Part shown: positions 36,929-47,091 of the stretch, piece by piece
Position numbering within the stretch: position 1 is the first letter of the stretch
Layout: the number at the start of each line of letters is the position of its first letter
Origin: an uncultured Christensenella sp.
GTDB lineage: Bacteria > Bacillota > Clostridia > Christensenellales > UBA1242
Assembly: GCA_964411325.1 (NCBI GenBank)
Contig: CAYPKM010000001.1
Span: 1 to 55,282 of the forward strand
Direction of reading: 5' to 3'
DNA: 55,282 nt
The notes under the pieces: model-generated
Databases searched by the model: none
What the model saw: the letters and a program-made list of their open reading frames with translations, nothing else
Told to the model about the DNA's origin: nothing
Program-made: the position numbers and the translations under genes

Positions 36929-38110
36929 ATGTCTAAGAAATTAACAAAAGCACAAAAAAAGAAAATTCACAAATGGGCAAATAAAAATATCTATCTAGTA
37001 ACAATCTTGATAATGGTTATTGTTGGGATATTGATATTTGGTTATTTTCGTGGCTGGTTTGATGAGTATTTCAAAAAGGGAGAAGGTTCAACATATCCAT
37101 CAACTGCAGGTGGATTTGAAACGGAAGTAACTACATTAAATGATTTGAAAATAAACTTTTTGGACGTAGGACAAGGAGATTGCATTATAATTCAGTTGCC
37201 AGATGGCAAAAATATGATTATAGATAGTGGACAATATGAAAAGGCGCAAGAGGCAATAACTCAGTTCACCACCAAAAACAAAATTAATACATTTGATTAT
37301 CTGCTTTTGACTCACGCAGATAGAGACCACGTAGATAGAATGAGTTGGGTAATAGATACTTACGACATTAAATATATATTTAGACCAAATAATTATAGCG
37401 ATAATACTATTAGCAAAGATTTGCCAAGTACTTTCAATACTAAAACAGAAGGTGGTCTTGTAGTTGACACCAAGGCATACGCCAATTTTATGGTGTCGGC
37501 ATACAATGAGGGGTGTACGGTAGAAGTGTTTAATAAAGATAGTGACTTTACAAATACTATCAAATACAATGGCGAGAGTTTGAAATATACCTTTGATTTT
37601 TTGACACCTGTGGCAGATAGAGACAAAATTGTATATGGCGATAGAAATAATTATTCTCCACTAATGATGCTTACATATGGGGATACCAAGATTATGTTTA
37701 CTGGTGATGCAGAAGAAGAAATGCTAGAGGAATACGTTTCTACTTATGGCAATCAAAATAATGTTGATATTTTGAAGGTTGGACATCACGGTAGTGAAAA
37801 TGCTACGACTACAGATTTCATACAAAGCGTCGACCCCGAATACGCGATTATTCAATGCGGGCTTGGTAATTCTTATGGACATCCACACGCTCAGACATTG
37901 TCAAGACTAAAAACTTATGATAGCAATATGCAAATATACAGAAATGACACTAATGGATTGATTACTTTTTCTATTGGCGAAGAGATAAAAATTGATTTGG
38001 AAAATGAAGATGATACTTACAATTTGACTGCAGGTGAGCAAATGCCTAAGACTTTGAATTTCACAAATTATAATGATTACATTAGCAATAGAAGTATTTT
38101 GGTGGCATAG
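36929..38110 (+). CDS. Membrane-anchored ComEC-C-terminal-type MBL-fold hydrolase
   Basis: N-terminal TM, 'INFLDVGQGDCIIIQLPDGKNMIIDSG', 'LLLTHADRDHV', 'FTGDAEEE', 'LKVGHHGS'. Confidence 0.75.
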   Translation: MSKKLTKAQKKKIHKWANKNIYLVTILIMVIVGILIFGYFRGWFDEYFKKGEGSTYPSTAGGFETEVTTLNDLKINFLDVGQGDCIIIQLPDGKNMIIDSGQYEKAQEAITQFTTKNKINTFDYLLLTHADRDHVDRMSWVIDTYDIKYIFRPNNYSDNTISKDLPSTFNTKTEGGLVVDTKAYANFMVSAYNEGCTVEVFNKDSDFTNTIKYNGESLKYTFDFLTPVADRDKIVYGDRNNYSPLMMLTYGDTKIMFTGDAEEEMLEEYVSTYGNQNNVDILKVGHHGSENATTTDFIQSVDPEYAIIQCGLGNSYGHPHAQTLSRLKTYDSNMQIYRNDTNGLITFSIGEEIKIDLENEDDTYNLTAGEQMPKTLNFTNYNDYISNRSILVA

Positions 38111-38119
38111 GAGGATTGT

Positions 38120-39013
38120 ATGTATTTGATAGGGATAGACGTCGGTGGCACAAATACCAAAGTGGGTTTCTTTGAGGGGGATAATCTAAAAGAAAAATGT
38201 GTAGTGCCAACACAAACAGAAGATGTAAAGAGTCAGATAGAAAGTATTGTCAAAGGGTTAATTGACAAATACAATATTATGGCTGGTGATATAGATAGAA
38301 TTGCTATTGGTTGTCCCGGTCTTGTAAACGATGGCGTGGTGCTTGCTAGTGCCAATCTAAACTTAAATAATGTAAATCTTGCAAAAGATTTGACACAGTC
38401 TTTGGGGATTAAAACATATGTGAAAAACGATGTGGATATGGCAACTCTAACAGAAATGAATTTGGGCGATGGAAAAGGTGTTTCCAACTTTGTAATGTTA
38501 ACAGTAGGCACAGGCATTGGGGGGAGCATTGTAATAGATGGCAAATTGTATGAGGGCAGAGGTGCCAGTGAATTTGGACATATGATATTCAAAAGAGATG
38601 GCAAGAAATGCAATTGTGGCAGACTTGGTTGCGTAGAGAAGTATCTATCTGCTATTGCTCTTATAGAAATGACAAAAGAGAAATTGCAGGGGTCTGATTC
38701 AATTTTGAAAAACCTTGAAGAATTAAAGGCAAGTGATATCGCTAGAGCATATATGGATGGCGACAAACTTGCTATAGAAATACTAGATAAATACACCGAA
38801 GACTTCTCAGAATACCTACTAGATATATGCAATTGCTTGCGTCCAGAGAGGATTTTGATAGGTGGTGGGCTTAGTTATGCTCCACTTATCGTGTCGCAAA
38901 TTGAAAAATTATGCAAAAAGAAAAATTTTGGATACAAAAATGCACCGCCAACTGACATAAGAGTTGCCAAATTCGGCAATGATGCTGGCATTTATGGGGT
39001 ACTTTTTGCTTAA
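38120..39013 (+). CDS. ROK-family sugar kinase (glucokinase-like)
   Basis: 'IGIDVGGTNTKVG', 'GTGIGGSIV', 'GHM...CNCGRLGCVEKYLS' zinc motif. Confidence 0.8.
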   Translation: MYLIGIDVGGTNTKVGFFEGDNLKEKCVVPTQTEDVKSQIESIVKGLIDKYNIMAGDIDRIAIGCPGLVNDGVVLASANLNLNNVNLAKDLTQSLGIKTYVKNDVDMATLTEMNLGDGKGVSNFVMLTVGTGIGGSIVIDGKLYEGRGASEFGHMIFKRDGKKCNCGRLGCVEKYLSAIALIEMTKEKLQGSDSILKNLEELKASDIARAYMDGDKLAIEILDKYTEDFSEYLLDICNCLRPERILIGGGLSYAPLIVSQIEKLCKKKNFGYKNAPPTDIRVAKFGNDAGIYGVLFA

Positions 39014-39155
39014 TAAAATTTGATATTTTGAAGTCTCAAATGTTTAAACTTTGGAAAATAGCCAATTTTTATAATTGACTATTTTTTTCTTATAATTATC
39101 AACCAAAATGAAAGAATATCCATTTTATTTTTTTGATAAAAATTGATTGACGAAA

Positions 39156-39171
39156 TACAACATCTAGTGTT
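39156..39171 (+). promoter_or_regulatory. NrdR box 1, overlapping a TTGACG (39147-39152) / TGtTATATT promoter
   Basis: tACAACATCTAGTGTt fits the palindromic NrdR consensus acaCwAtATaTwGtgt. Confidence 0.6.
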
Positions 39172-39186
39172 ATATTAAAACCATAA

Positions 39187-39202
39187 GCACAATATATATG
39201 TT
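39187..39202 (+). promoter_or_regulatory. NrdR box 2
   Basis: gCACAATATATATGTt. It lies 31 bp centre-to-centre from box 1, the usual tandem spacing. Confidence 0.6.
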
Positions 39203-39252
39203 TTGACAAATGTTGTGTCTTGAATAAAAAAATTAATATGAGAGGGAAAATT

Positions 39253-41616
39253 ATGATTACTAAAGTTAGAAAAAGAGATGGTCGTTTGGCTGACTATGAT
39301 ATTGGAAAGATTGAGAATGCAATAGCAAAAGCGATGATTTCTTTGGGTGATGGAGAAATTAAAGATTGTAAGAAGATGGCGAAAATTACCGAACTTAATT
39401 TGATGGAACAATATGAGGATAGAATTCCTAGTGTTGAAGAAATTCAAGACATTGTCGAAAAAGTTTTGATGACTAATGGCTACGAAGATGTGGCTAAGGC
39501 ATATATATTATATAGACGCGATCACGAGAAGGTAAGAAATATCCAAAATACAGTTATGGACTACAAACAAACTGTAGACAAATATTTGAATTTGGCAGAC
39601 TGGAGAGTCAAAGAAAATTCAACTGTTACATATTCTGTAGGTGGACTTATCCTTTCCAATTCGGGTGCAATCACTGCCAATTATTGGTTGAGCGAAGTTT
39701 ATGACAAGGAAATAGAACAAGCACACAAGAATGCAGATATACATATTCACGATTTGAGTATGCTTACTGGATATTGTGCAGGCTGGTCTTTGAAGCAATT
39801 AATAATGGAAGGACTTGGTGGAGTTTCGGGAAAAATTACTTCTAAACCTGCTAGTCACTTGTCTACACTTTGCAATCAAATGGTTAATTTCTTAGGAATA
39901 ATGCAAAATGAGTGGGCTGGTGCGCAAGCATTCTCTTCTTTTGATACCTATCTGGCTCCTTTTGTAAAAGTTGACAACCTATCTTACAAAGAAGTTAAAC
40001 AATGTATTCAAAGTTTCATATATGGTGTTAATACTCCATCTCGTTGGGGGACTCAAGCACCATTTACCAATGTTACACTTGATTGGGTTGTGCCTAATGA
40101 CTTGGCAGAACTTAATGCAATTGTTGGTGGCAAGGAAGTAGATTTCAAATACAAAGATTGCAAAAAAGAAATGGAAATGGTCAACAAAGCATTCATTGAG
40201 ATAATGGTTGAGGGCGATGCTAATGGCAGAGGTTTCCAATATCCTATTCCTACTTATTCTATTACAAGAGACTTCGATTGGTCAGAGACAGAGAATAACA
40301 AACTTTTGTTTGAAATGACAACTAAATATGGTACACCATATTTCTCAAATTACATCAATTCTGATATGGAACCTAGCGATGTTAGAAGTATGTGTTGTAG
40401 ACTTAGACTAGATTTGAGAGAATTAAGAAAGAAATCTGGTGGATACTTTGGCTCGGGCGAAAGCACAGGCAGTGTAGGCGTTGTTACAATCAATATGCCT
40501 AGAATTGCTTATCTTTCCAAAACTGAAGATGAGTTCTTTGATAGACTAGACAAAATGATGGATATTTCTGCTAGGTCTTTGAAAGTTAAGAGAGAGACTA
40601 TTACCAAACTTTTGGAGTATGGACTATATCCTTATACCAAAAGATATTTGGGCTCTTTCAATAATCACTTCTCTACAATTGGCTTGGTTGGAATGAATGA
40701 GGCTTGTCTAAATGCTATTTGGATTGGCGAAGATTTGACTAGCAAAAAGGCACAAGAGTTCACTCAAAAAGTGCTTAACCATATGAGAGATAGACTTAGT
40801 GATTATCAAGAGAAATACGGCGACTTGTACAATTTGGAAGCAACTCCTGCAGAGAGTACTTCGTTTAGACTAGCCAAACACGATAGAGAAAGATATCCAG
40901 ATATTATTACTGCATCTCAAGATGATAATGTTCCATATTACACCAATAGTTCACATTTGCCAGTTGGTTTCACTTCTGACATCTTTGAGGCTTTGGATGT
41001 GCAAGACAACCTTCAAACCCTTTATACATCAGGTACAGTATTCCACGCGTTCTTGGGCGAAAAATTGGAAAATTGGAAAGTTACTATGAATTTGGTTAGA
41101 AAAATTGCTGAGAATTATAGACTTCCATATTATACAATTTCTCCTACATATTCTGTTTGCAAAACTCACGGATATATAGCAGGCGAACACTTTGAATGTC
41201 CAGAGTGTGGTGCTCCTGCCGAAGTTTATAGTAGAATTACTGGATATTATAGACCTGTTCAAAATTGGAATGATGGCAAAACTCAAGAATTCAAAGAAAG
41301 AAAAAATTATGATATAGCAACTAGCAAAATGAAAGAGAAATGCTCGGATGGAGTTTGTTGTTGCGAAGAAAAAGAAAAGGCAGAATTAAAAGACATTACA
41401 TTATTTGCAACCAAGACTTGCCCTAATTGCAAAATGGCAAAAATGCTTTTGGACAAAGCAAAAATCAAATATGTAGTAGTTGATGCCGAAGAAAACAAAG
41501 AATTTACTGAGGCTTGTGGTGTCAAAAAAGCCCCAACACTATTAGTGCCAACCAAAGATGGTCTGCAGGTTTATGATAATGCTAGTGAAATTAGACGCTA
41601 CATCGAGGGAAAATAA
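39253..41616 (+). CDS. nrdD: Anaerobic (class III) ribonucleoside-triphosphate reductase with N-terminal ATP-cone and C-terminal fused glutaredoxin-like domain
   Basis: 'MITKVRKRDGRLADYDIGKIENAI' ATP-cone, 'VVTINMPRIAY', zinc site 'CKTHGY...CPECG', glycyl-radical 'SRITGYYRPVQNWNDGK'. An extra ~75 aa follows: 'ITLFATKTCPNCKMAKMLLDKAKIKYVVVDAEEN...APTLLVP'. Confidence 0.9.
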   Translation: MITKVRKRDGRLADYDIGKIENAIAKAMISLGDGEIKDCKKMAKITELNLMEQYEDRIPSVEEIQDIVEKVLMTNGYEDVAKAYILYRRDHEKVRNIQNTVMDYKQTVDKYLNLADWRVKENSTVTYSVGGLILSNSGAITANYWLSEVYDKEIEQAHKNADIHIHDLSMLTGYCAGWSLKQLIMEGLGGVSGKITSKPASHLSTLCNQMVNFLGIMQNEWAGAQAFSSFDTYLAPFVKVDNLSYKEVKQCIQSFIYGVNTPSRWGTQAPFTNVTLDWVVPNDLAELNAIVGGKEVDFKYKDCKKEMEMVNKAFIEIMVEGDANGRGFQYPIPTYSITRDFDWSETENNKLLFEMTTKYGTPYFSNYINSDMEPSDVRSMCCRLRLDLRELRKKSGGYFGSGESTGSVGVVTINMPRIAYLSKTEDEFFDRLDKMMDISARSLKVKRETITKLLEYGLYPYTKRYLGSFNNHFSTIGLVGMNEACLNAIWIGEDLTSKKAQEFTQKVLNHMRDRLSDYQEKYGDLYNLEATPAESTSFRLAKHDRERYPDIITASQDDNVPYYTNSSHLPVGFTSDIFEALDVQDNLQTLYTSGTVFHAFLGEKLENWKVTMNLVRKIAENYRLPYYTISPTYSVCKTHGYIAGEHFECPECGAPAEVYSRITGYYRPVQNWNDGKTQEFKERKNYDIATSKMKEKCSDGVCCCEEKEKAELKDITLFATKTCPNCKMAKMLLDKAKIKYVVVDAEENKEFTEACGVKKAPTLLVPTKDGLQVYDNASEIRRYIEGK

Positions 41617-42524
41617 TGTTTGATATAATAGTAATTGGTGGAGGTGTGGCAGGAATGACTGCCTGCCTCTATTCACTTAGAAATAACAAAAAGACTTTGC
41701 TAATAGAGGGTAGTAGTATAGGGGGGCAAATTGCACAATCTCCCAAGGTAGAAAATTATCCTACCCACAAACAAATTTCTGGTTTGCAACTCAGTGACCA
41801 ATTGTTTGAGCAGATACAGGCTTTGGGTGTGGAATTTGAATGTGATTACATCCAAAGTATTCAAAAGCAAGATAATGTCTTTACGCTTAAAGGTGAATTT
41901 GGTGAGTATCAAGGATATAGCGTAATAATTGCTAATGGCGTCAAGCATCGCAAATTAAATATTGAAAATGAAGACAAGTTTTTGGGCAAAGGTTTGTATT
42001 ATTGCGCAATATGTGATGGTCCATTCTATGCTGGTCAAGAGGTTACTCTTATTGGCGATGGCAATACGGCTTTGCAATATGCTTTGTATTTGAGTAGTGT
42101 TTGCTCCAAAGTTAATTTGGTTATAATGTTTGATAAGTTCTTTGGCGACGAAAACCTTGTAAAATTAGTAGAGGGCAAGGAAAATATTAATATTATTAGA
42201 AATGCCAAAACTGTAGCATTGGAAGGCGAAGACTCGCTAAACAAAATAGTTTTTGAGGATGTCAGTGGCAAGACTTTTGCGATAGAAAACACTCCGTTGT
42301 TTGTGGCAATTGGTCAAGTGGCAGACAACCAAAGGTTTGCCAATTTGGCAGACCTAGACTCGCAAGGATATTTCCTAGCAGACGAGACAACTCAGACCAA
42401 GACAGCAGGCTTGTTTGTCGCGGGGGATACTCGTAGTAAGGGTGTTAGACAGGTAACTACTGCTATGTGTGATGGTGCTGTTTCTGCAACATCTGCTTGC
42501 AATTATTTGCATACAATTAAATAA
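41616..42524 (+). CDS. Thioredoxin-reductase-fold flavoprotein lacking the NADPH HRRxxxR motif
   Basis: 'FDIIVIGGGVAGMTAC', redox 'CAICDG', 'GLFVAGD'. Where E. coli TrxB has 'VHLIHRRDGFRAE', this protein reads 'VNLVIMFDKFFGD'. The ATG overlaps the nrdD TAA. Confidence 0.75.
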   Translation: MFDIIVIGGGVAGMTACLYSLRNNKKTLLIEGSSIGGQIAQSPKVENYPTHKQISGLQLSDQLFEQIQALGVEFECDYIQSIQKQDNVFTLKGEFGEYQGYSVIIANGVKHRKLNIENEDKFLGKGLYYCAICDGPFYAGQEVTLIGDGNTALQYALYLSSVCSKVNLVIMFDKFFGDENLVKLVEGKENINIIRNAKTVALEGEDSLNKIVFEDVSGKTFAIENTPLFVAIGQVADNQRFANLADLDSQGYFLADETTQTKTAGLFVAGDTRSKGVRQVTTAMCDGAVSATSACNYLHTIK

Positions 42525-42526
42525 AA

Positions 42527-42607
42527 AAGAATTAAGAAGCGCTTTGAAGTGAATTTTTTAAAAGGTTTTTAACTTTTTGAAATCACTTCATTTTTTTTCT
42601 TAATTCC
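42527..42607. terminator. Long imperfect hairpin between convergent genes
   Basis: Outer arms gaattaagaa / ttcttaattc, inner arms tgaagtga / tcacttca, T8 run at ~42592-42599. Confidence 0.5.
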
Positions 42608-42612
42608 ATTTT

Positions 42613-43296
42613 TTAATATCCTCTAAGTTTGGTGTTGGGGATAGAGTCTCTTAAGTATCCCAAAAACATATTTGCATCATCTTTGGGTACTTCTGTCAAA
42701 TTGCTCTCCATACAATTGCCACTGTCTTCGAATTTTTGCAAGTAATATCTCTTGGCATTTCTTATCATTTTGGAGATTTTTTTGATGTCGTCAAAAGTAT
42801 GCAATTGGCTAACAAGTGTGGTTCTAAATTCGTAATCAATACCACAATTCATTATATATTGTATAGATTGCTGGATGATGTCTATGTCATAATTTTTGCC
42901 TATGGTTTTTGAATAGTTATCATAACAATTTTTGATATCCATTGCTATATAGTCTATTAGTTTGTTCTCCACTAGATATTTTATCATATCGGGATTGGTG
43001 CCGTTGGTATCCAATTTTATCTCATAACCCATTTGCTTGACTTTGACTATAAACTGTGGCAAGTCGGCGTACAGTGTTGGCTCACCTCCACTAATACAAA
43101 CACTATCCAAAAGTCCAAATCGGTGGCGTAGATATTCAAGTATTTCCTCTTGGTCAAGTTCGGGTTCGCTTCCTTTGACTAGTCCAGCATTGTGGCAGAA
43201 AGGACAAGCGAAATTGCAACCACTCACAAAAATTGTGGCACTTATGTGTCCGTCAAAGTCAACTAGGGATAATTTTTGAAATCCAGATATTTTCAT
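42613..43296 (-). CDS. nrdG: Anaerobic RNR activating enzyme (radical SAM)
   Basis: 'FQKLSLVDFDGHISATIFVSGCNFACPFCHN', 'GVCISGGEPTL'-type region. Confidence 0.9.
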   Translation of the reverse strand: MKISGFQKLSLVDFDGHISATIFVSGCNFACPFCHNAGLVKGSEPELDQEEILEYLRHRFGLLDSVCISGGEPTLYADLPQFIVKVKQMGYEIKLDTNGTNPDMIKYLVENKLIDYIAMDIKNCYDNYSKTIGKNYDIDIIQQSIQYIMNCGIDYEFRTTLVSQLHTFDDIKKISKMIRNAKRYYLQKFEDSGNCMESNLTEVPKDDANMFLGYLRDSIPNTKLRGY

Positions 43297-43503
43297 AATT
43301 GTTTTTCCTTTTTAGCAAATATAATTAATATACGCACCATAAATTATTATCTATAATTAATGATATCAAAAAAAATAAGAAAAGTCATATATTTGAAAGA
43401 GGGATGTTTTCAAAAGGTGAAAATAATTGCTCTTTTTTGTTTCACAAAAATTATATTGTTTGATAAAATGTTAAATGGAATTAAAATATAATAGGATATA
43501 GTA

Positions 43504-46236
43504 ATGAAAGAATATCACAATTGTTCAATTGAAGAAGTTTTGGAAAAGGTCAATTCTAGCGAAGAGGGCTTGATTCAAGAAGAAGTGGATGCTAGGCTTG
43601 CTAGATATGGCAAGAATACGCTTGATGAGGGAAAGTCCAAATCGTGGATGTCGAGATTTTGGTCGCAAATGAAAGACTTGATGATAATAGTTCTTTTGGT
43701 GGCAGCGGGAGTGTCGGCAATAATCGCTCTTATTGAGGGTGAGTATGTAGACCTTATAGACTCTGGCATAATACTGCTAATAGTAATAGTCAATGCTGTT
43801 ATTGGCACTATACAAGAATCCAAAGCCGACCAAGCAATGAAAGAACTCACAAAGATGAATAAACCTAATGCCAAAGTGCTTAGGAATGGCGAAATAACCA
43901 AAGTTAAATGTGAAGATATAGTAATAGGCGACGTGGTGGTTCTTGAGGCTGGAGATGTGGTGCCTGCCGACTTGAGACTTATCTCGTCCAAATCTTTGAA
44001 AATTCAAGAGTCTACTCTCACTGGTGAAAGTGTGCCTGCTGAGAAAGATTGCAATGTGGAACTATCCAATGATACTCCACTTGGCGATAGAAAGAATATG
44101 GCATATAGCACGGGAGTTGTGTCTTATGGCAGAGGCAGTGGCGTAGTTGTGGCTACTGGAATGCAGACAGAAGTAGGCAAGATTGCAGGAATGTTGAATA
44201 CCCAAGAAAAAAATGATACTCCACTCCAAAAGCAACTTGCCAAAACAGCCAAACTTTTGTCTATAATAGTTTTGGGAATAGCAGGAATAATTTTTGTCGC
44301 TGGTATTATCAATTCTCTTAGACTTGATTATTCTATACTAGATTCGATAGTAGATAGTTTTATGACGGCTGTAGCCATTGCAGTGGCTGCCATTCCAGAG
44401 GGGTTGCCGGCAGTAGTTACAATAGTGCTTGCAATTGGCGTCAAGAGAATGAGCGAAAGAAAGGCTATTGTCAAAAATTTGCCAGCAGTAGAGACACTTG
44501 GTTGTTGCGAAGTTATTTGTTCTGATAAGACGGGAACTTTGACACTAAACAAAATGACCGTCAAAGAATTTTATACTCCCTCAATGGGTTTATTTTACAA
44601 AGAAGAAAAAGTGCTTGACGATAGTGTCAATATGTTAATCGAGGGAATGGTTCTTTGTAATGACACCGAAGAAAAATTGGATGAAGAACTAATTGGTGAC
44701 CCTACCGAGACGGCACTTGTGGCATATGCCAAAAAGATTGGGATAAACGTCAAGGAATTGAAAGCATTTGACCAGAGGATAGATGAGATACCTTTTGATA
44801 GCAAACGAAAATTGATGACAACAGTGCATACCAATGGCGAGGGCAAAAAAATATCTTATACCAAGGGTGCATTTGATATGCTTCTTAATCGTTGTACAAA
44901 GATATTGATTTTGAATAAAGAAAGAGACATTACAGACGAGGATAGGGCAGAACTTCGAAAAGCAAACAAAGAGATGGGCTCTAATGCTTTGAGAGTTCTA
45001 GGGCTTGCATACAAAAAGCATTATCTAAATGACCACGAGCATTTGGAAGAAGACCTTGTGTTTGTGGGGTTAGTGGGAATGATTGACCCTCCTAGGAAAG
45101 AAGTTGAGGGGGCTGTGGCTACTTGCAAAAAGGCAGGAATGACTGCTATTATGATAACTGGTGACCACTTGGATACTGCCGTGGCTATTGCTACCCAAAT
45201 AGGAATTTATCGCAAAGGCGACAAAGCGATTACTGGTGCAGACCTAGACAAATTGACCGATGAGGAATTTTTGAGAGACCTAAGGTCGTACAAAGTATTC
45301 GCTAGAGTTAGTCCAGAAAACAAAGTAAGAATAGTCAATGCGTACAAGACCTTTAATATAATTGTGGCTATGACGGGAGATGGCGTCAATGACGCTCCGT
45401 CTATCAAGACAGCAGATATTGGAATAGGTATGGGAATTACTGGTACCGACGTTAGCAAAGGTGCTGCCGATATAGTGCTTGCCGATGACAATTTCGCGAC
45501 AATCATCGCTGCCGTCGAAGAGGGCAGAAAGGTGTATTCCAATATCAAAAAAGCTGTGCAGTATTTGCTTTCTGCCAATATTGCCGAAGTATTGTGTTTA
45601 TTTATCACCACAATATTCTTGAGAGTGGATTTCTTGAGTGCCGTTATGATACTATGGATTAATCTTGTTACAGATTCTTTGCCAGCACTGGCACTGGGTT
45701 GCGAAAAAGTGGAAAAAGATATAATGAACGACCCTCCTAGAAAGGCAAATTCGTCATTATTTGCAGGACATACGGGCAAAAATATTTTGATTCAGGGTAT
45801 CGCACAAACCATACTTACAATGCTATCATTTATAATAGGTGGATACATCTTGAGTGACGGTGTGGCTAATCACCAAGTGGCAATGACAATGGCGTTTGTT
45901 ACCCTTGCACTTATACAATTATTCCATTCATACAATAGCAGGTCGCAGAGACACTCATTATTCTCTTCCAATCCATTCAAAAACAAAGTCTTGAATTGGT
46001 CGTTTGTGGCAGGTGTAGCACTTACTGCTATCACATTCATCCCAGCATTCCAGACTTTCTTTGGCACAACTATGCTTAGTCTAGGCGAATTCGCTATTGC
46101 AATAGGTTGCGCTGTGGCAATAATTCCAGTGGTAGAAATTCAAAAAGGCATTGAACATATTGTCAAGAGGAAAAAGCAAAAAGAGATTGCTAAGTTCAAT
46201 AAAGAAGAAGATATAGAAGTGGAAGGACAAAATTAA
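43504..46236 (+). CDS. P-type ATPase, Ca2+-transporting (P2A-like)
   Basis: 'ICSDKTGTLTLN', 'TGES', 'MITGD', 'MTGDGVNDAPSIKTADIGIGMG', 10-TM layout, 910 aa. Confidence 0.85.
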   Translation: MKEYHNCSIEEVLEKVNSSEEGLIQEEVDARLARYGKNTLDEGKSKSWMSRFWSQMKDLMIIVLLVAAGVSAIIALIEGEYVDLIDSGIILLIVIVNAVIGTIQESKADQAMKELTKMNKPNAKVLRNGEITKVKCEDIVIGDVVVLEAGDVVPADLRLISSKSLKIQESTLTGESVPAEKDCNVELSNDTPLGDRKNMAYSTGVVSYGRGSGVVVATGMQTEVGKIAGMLNTQEKNDTPLQKQLAKTAKLLSIIVLGIAGIIFVAGIINSLRLDYSILDSIVDSFMTAVAIAVAAIPEGLPAVVTIVLAIGVKRMSERKAIVKNLPAVETLGCCEVICSDKTGTLTLNKMTVKEFYTPSMGLFYKEEKVLDDSVNMLIEGMVLCNDTEEKLDEELIGDPTETALVAYAKKIGINVKELKAFDQRIDEIPFDSKRKLMTTVHTNGEGKKISYTKGAFDMLLNRCTKILILNKERDITDEDRAELRKANKEMGSNALRVLGLAYKKHYLNDHEHLEEDLVFVGLVGMIDPPRKEVEGAVATCKKAGMTAIMITGDHLDTAVAIATQIGIYRKGDKAITGADLDKLTDEEFLRDLRSYKVFARVSPENKVRIVNAYKTFNIIVAMTGDGVNDAPSIKTADIGIGMGITGTDVSKGAADIVLADDNFATIIAAVEEGRKVYSNIKKAVQYLLSANIAEVLCLFITTIFLRVDFLSAVMILWINLVTDSLPALALGCEKVEKDIMNDPPRKANSSLFAGHTGKNILIQGIAQTILTMLSFIIGGYILSDGVANHQVAMTMAFVTLALIQLFHSYNSRSQRHSLFSSNPFKNKVLNWSFVAGVALTAITFIPAFQTFFGTTMLSLGEFAIAIGCAVAIIPVVEIQKGIEHIVKRKKQKEIAKFNKEEDIEVEGQN

Positions 46237-46374
46237 TTTTTGATAAGTTTGAATATAAATGTCAAAATTAAAGTTGATATAATATTCAAACTTTTTTTGA
46301 TGTGCAAATAGAGGTATTTATTTTGCAAATATCCTTGAGTGTGTTAAAATAGAGGAAGTATGAGGAGTAAGAAA

Positions 46375-47049
46375 ATGGGATATATAGTAGTAATTGAAGG
46401 CACAGATGGCTGTGGCAAACAAACACAAGCAGAGAAATTGAGGGATAGACTAGTGAGTGAGGGGTATAATGTAAGGAAAGTTAGTTTTCCCAATTACTCT
46501 AGCCCTAGCGCGTCACCTGTCAAAATGTATCTAGGTGGAGAGTTTGGTGATAGCGACCAATCGCTTGACGCTTATCAAGCAAGTGTGCTATTTTCGGTAG
46601 ATAGACTGTGTACTTATCAAAAGGACTTGAAAGAATTCTACGAAAACGGTGGCATTATAATATTCGATAGATATGTTGAGTCCAATATGCTCCATCAGGC
46701 TGGCAAATTGGCAAGGATAGATGAGATTAACGACTATTGCGATTGGCTTGATACGCTAGAATTCGACACTTTGAAATTGCCTAGACCCAATAGGGTAATA
46801 TTTCTAGATGTGCCAGTAGATGTCTCAATTAGACTTGCTCACGAGAGGGGGGAATTAAAGGCACAAACCAAACAAGACGTTCACGAAAACAATCCCAATC
46901 ACTTGCTTCACGCATATGAGTGTGGCAAATATATGATAGATAAGTATGGCTGGGATAGAGTAGATTGTGTAGAGGGCACAAGTTTGCGAAGTAGAGAAGA
47001 TATAGCCGAAGAAGTGTACGGGCTTATCATAGGAGATTTGAAAAAATAA
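46375..47049 (+). CDS. tmk: Thymidylate kinase
   Basis: The ATG at 46375 follows AGGAG. 'IVVIEGTDGCGKQTQ' P-loop, 'FDRY', LID-region Arg residues. Confidence 0.8.
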   Translation: MGYIVVIEGTDGCGKQTQAEKLRDRLVSEGYNVRKVSFPNYSSPSASPVKMYLGGEFGDSDQSLDAYQASVLFSVDRLCTYQKDLKEFYENGGIIIFDRYVESNMLHQAGKLARIDEINDYCDWLDTLEFDTLKLPRPNRVIFLDVPVDVSIRLAHERGELKAQTKQDVHENNPNHLLHAYECGKYMIDKYGWDRVDCVEGTSLRSREDIAEEVYGLIIGDLKK

Positions 47050-47091
47050 GACGTTGCATAAACAATGTAAATAATGTGGAGATTAAATAAT

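Noticed and set aside
43575-45779. Several 60-190-aa minus-strand ORFs inside the P-type ATPase gene. Similar antisense ORFs lie inside ugd, fnlA-C, pheT, nrdD, the ROK kinase, the coupling protein and the VirB6-like gene.
   Set aside because: They are antisense to genes with unambiguous family motifs, and they show a biased S/T/I/L/P composition with no RBS.
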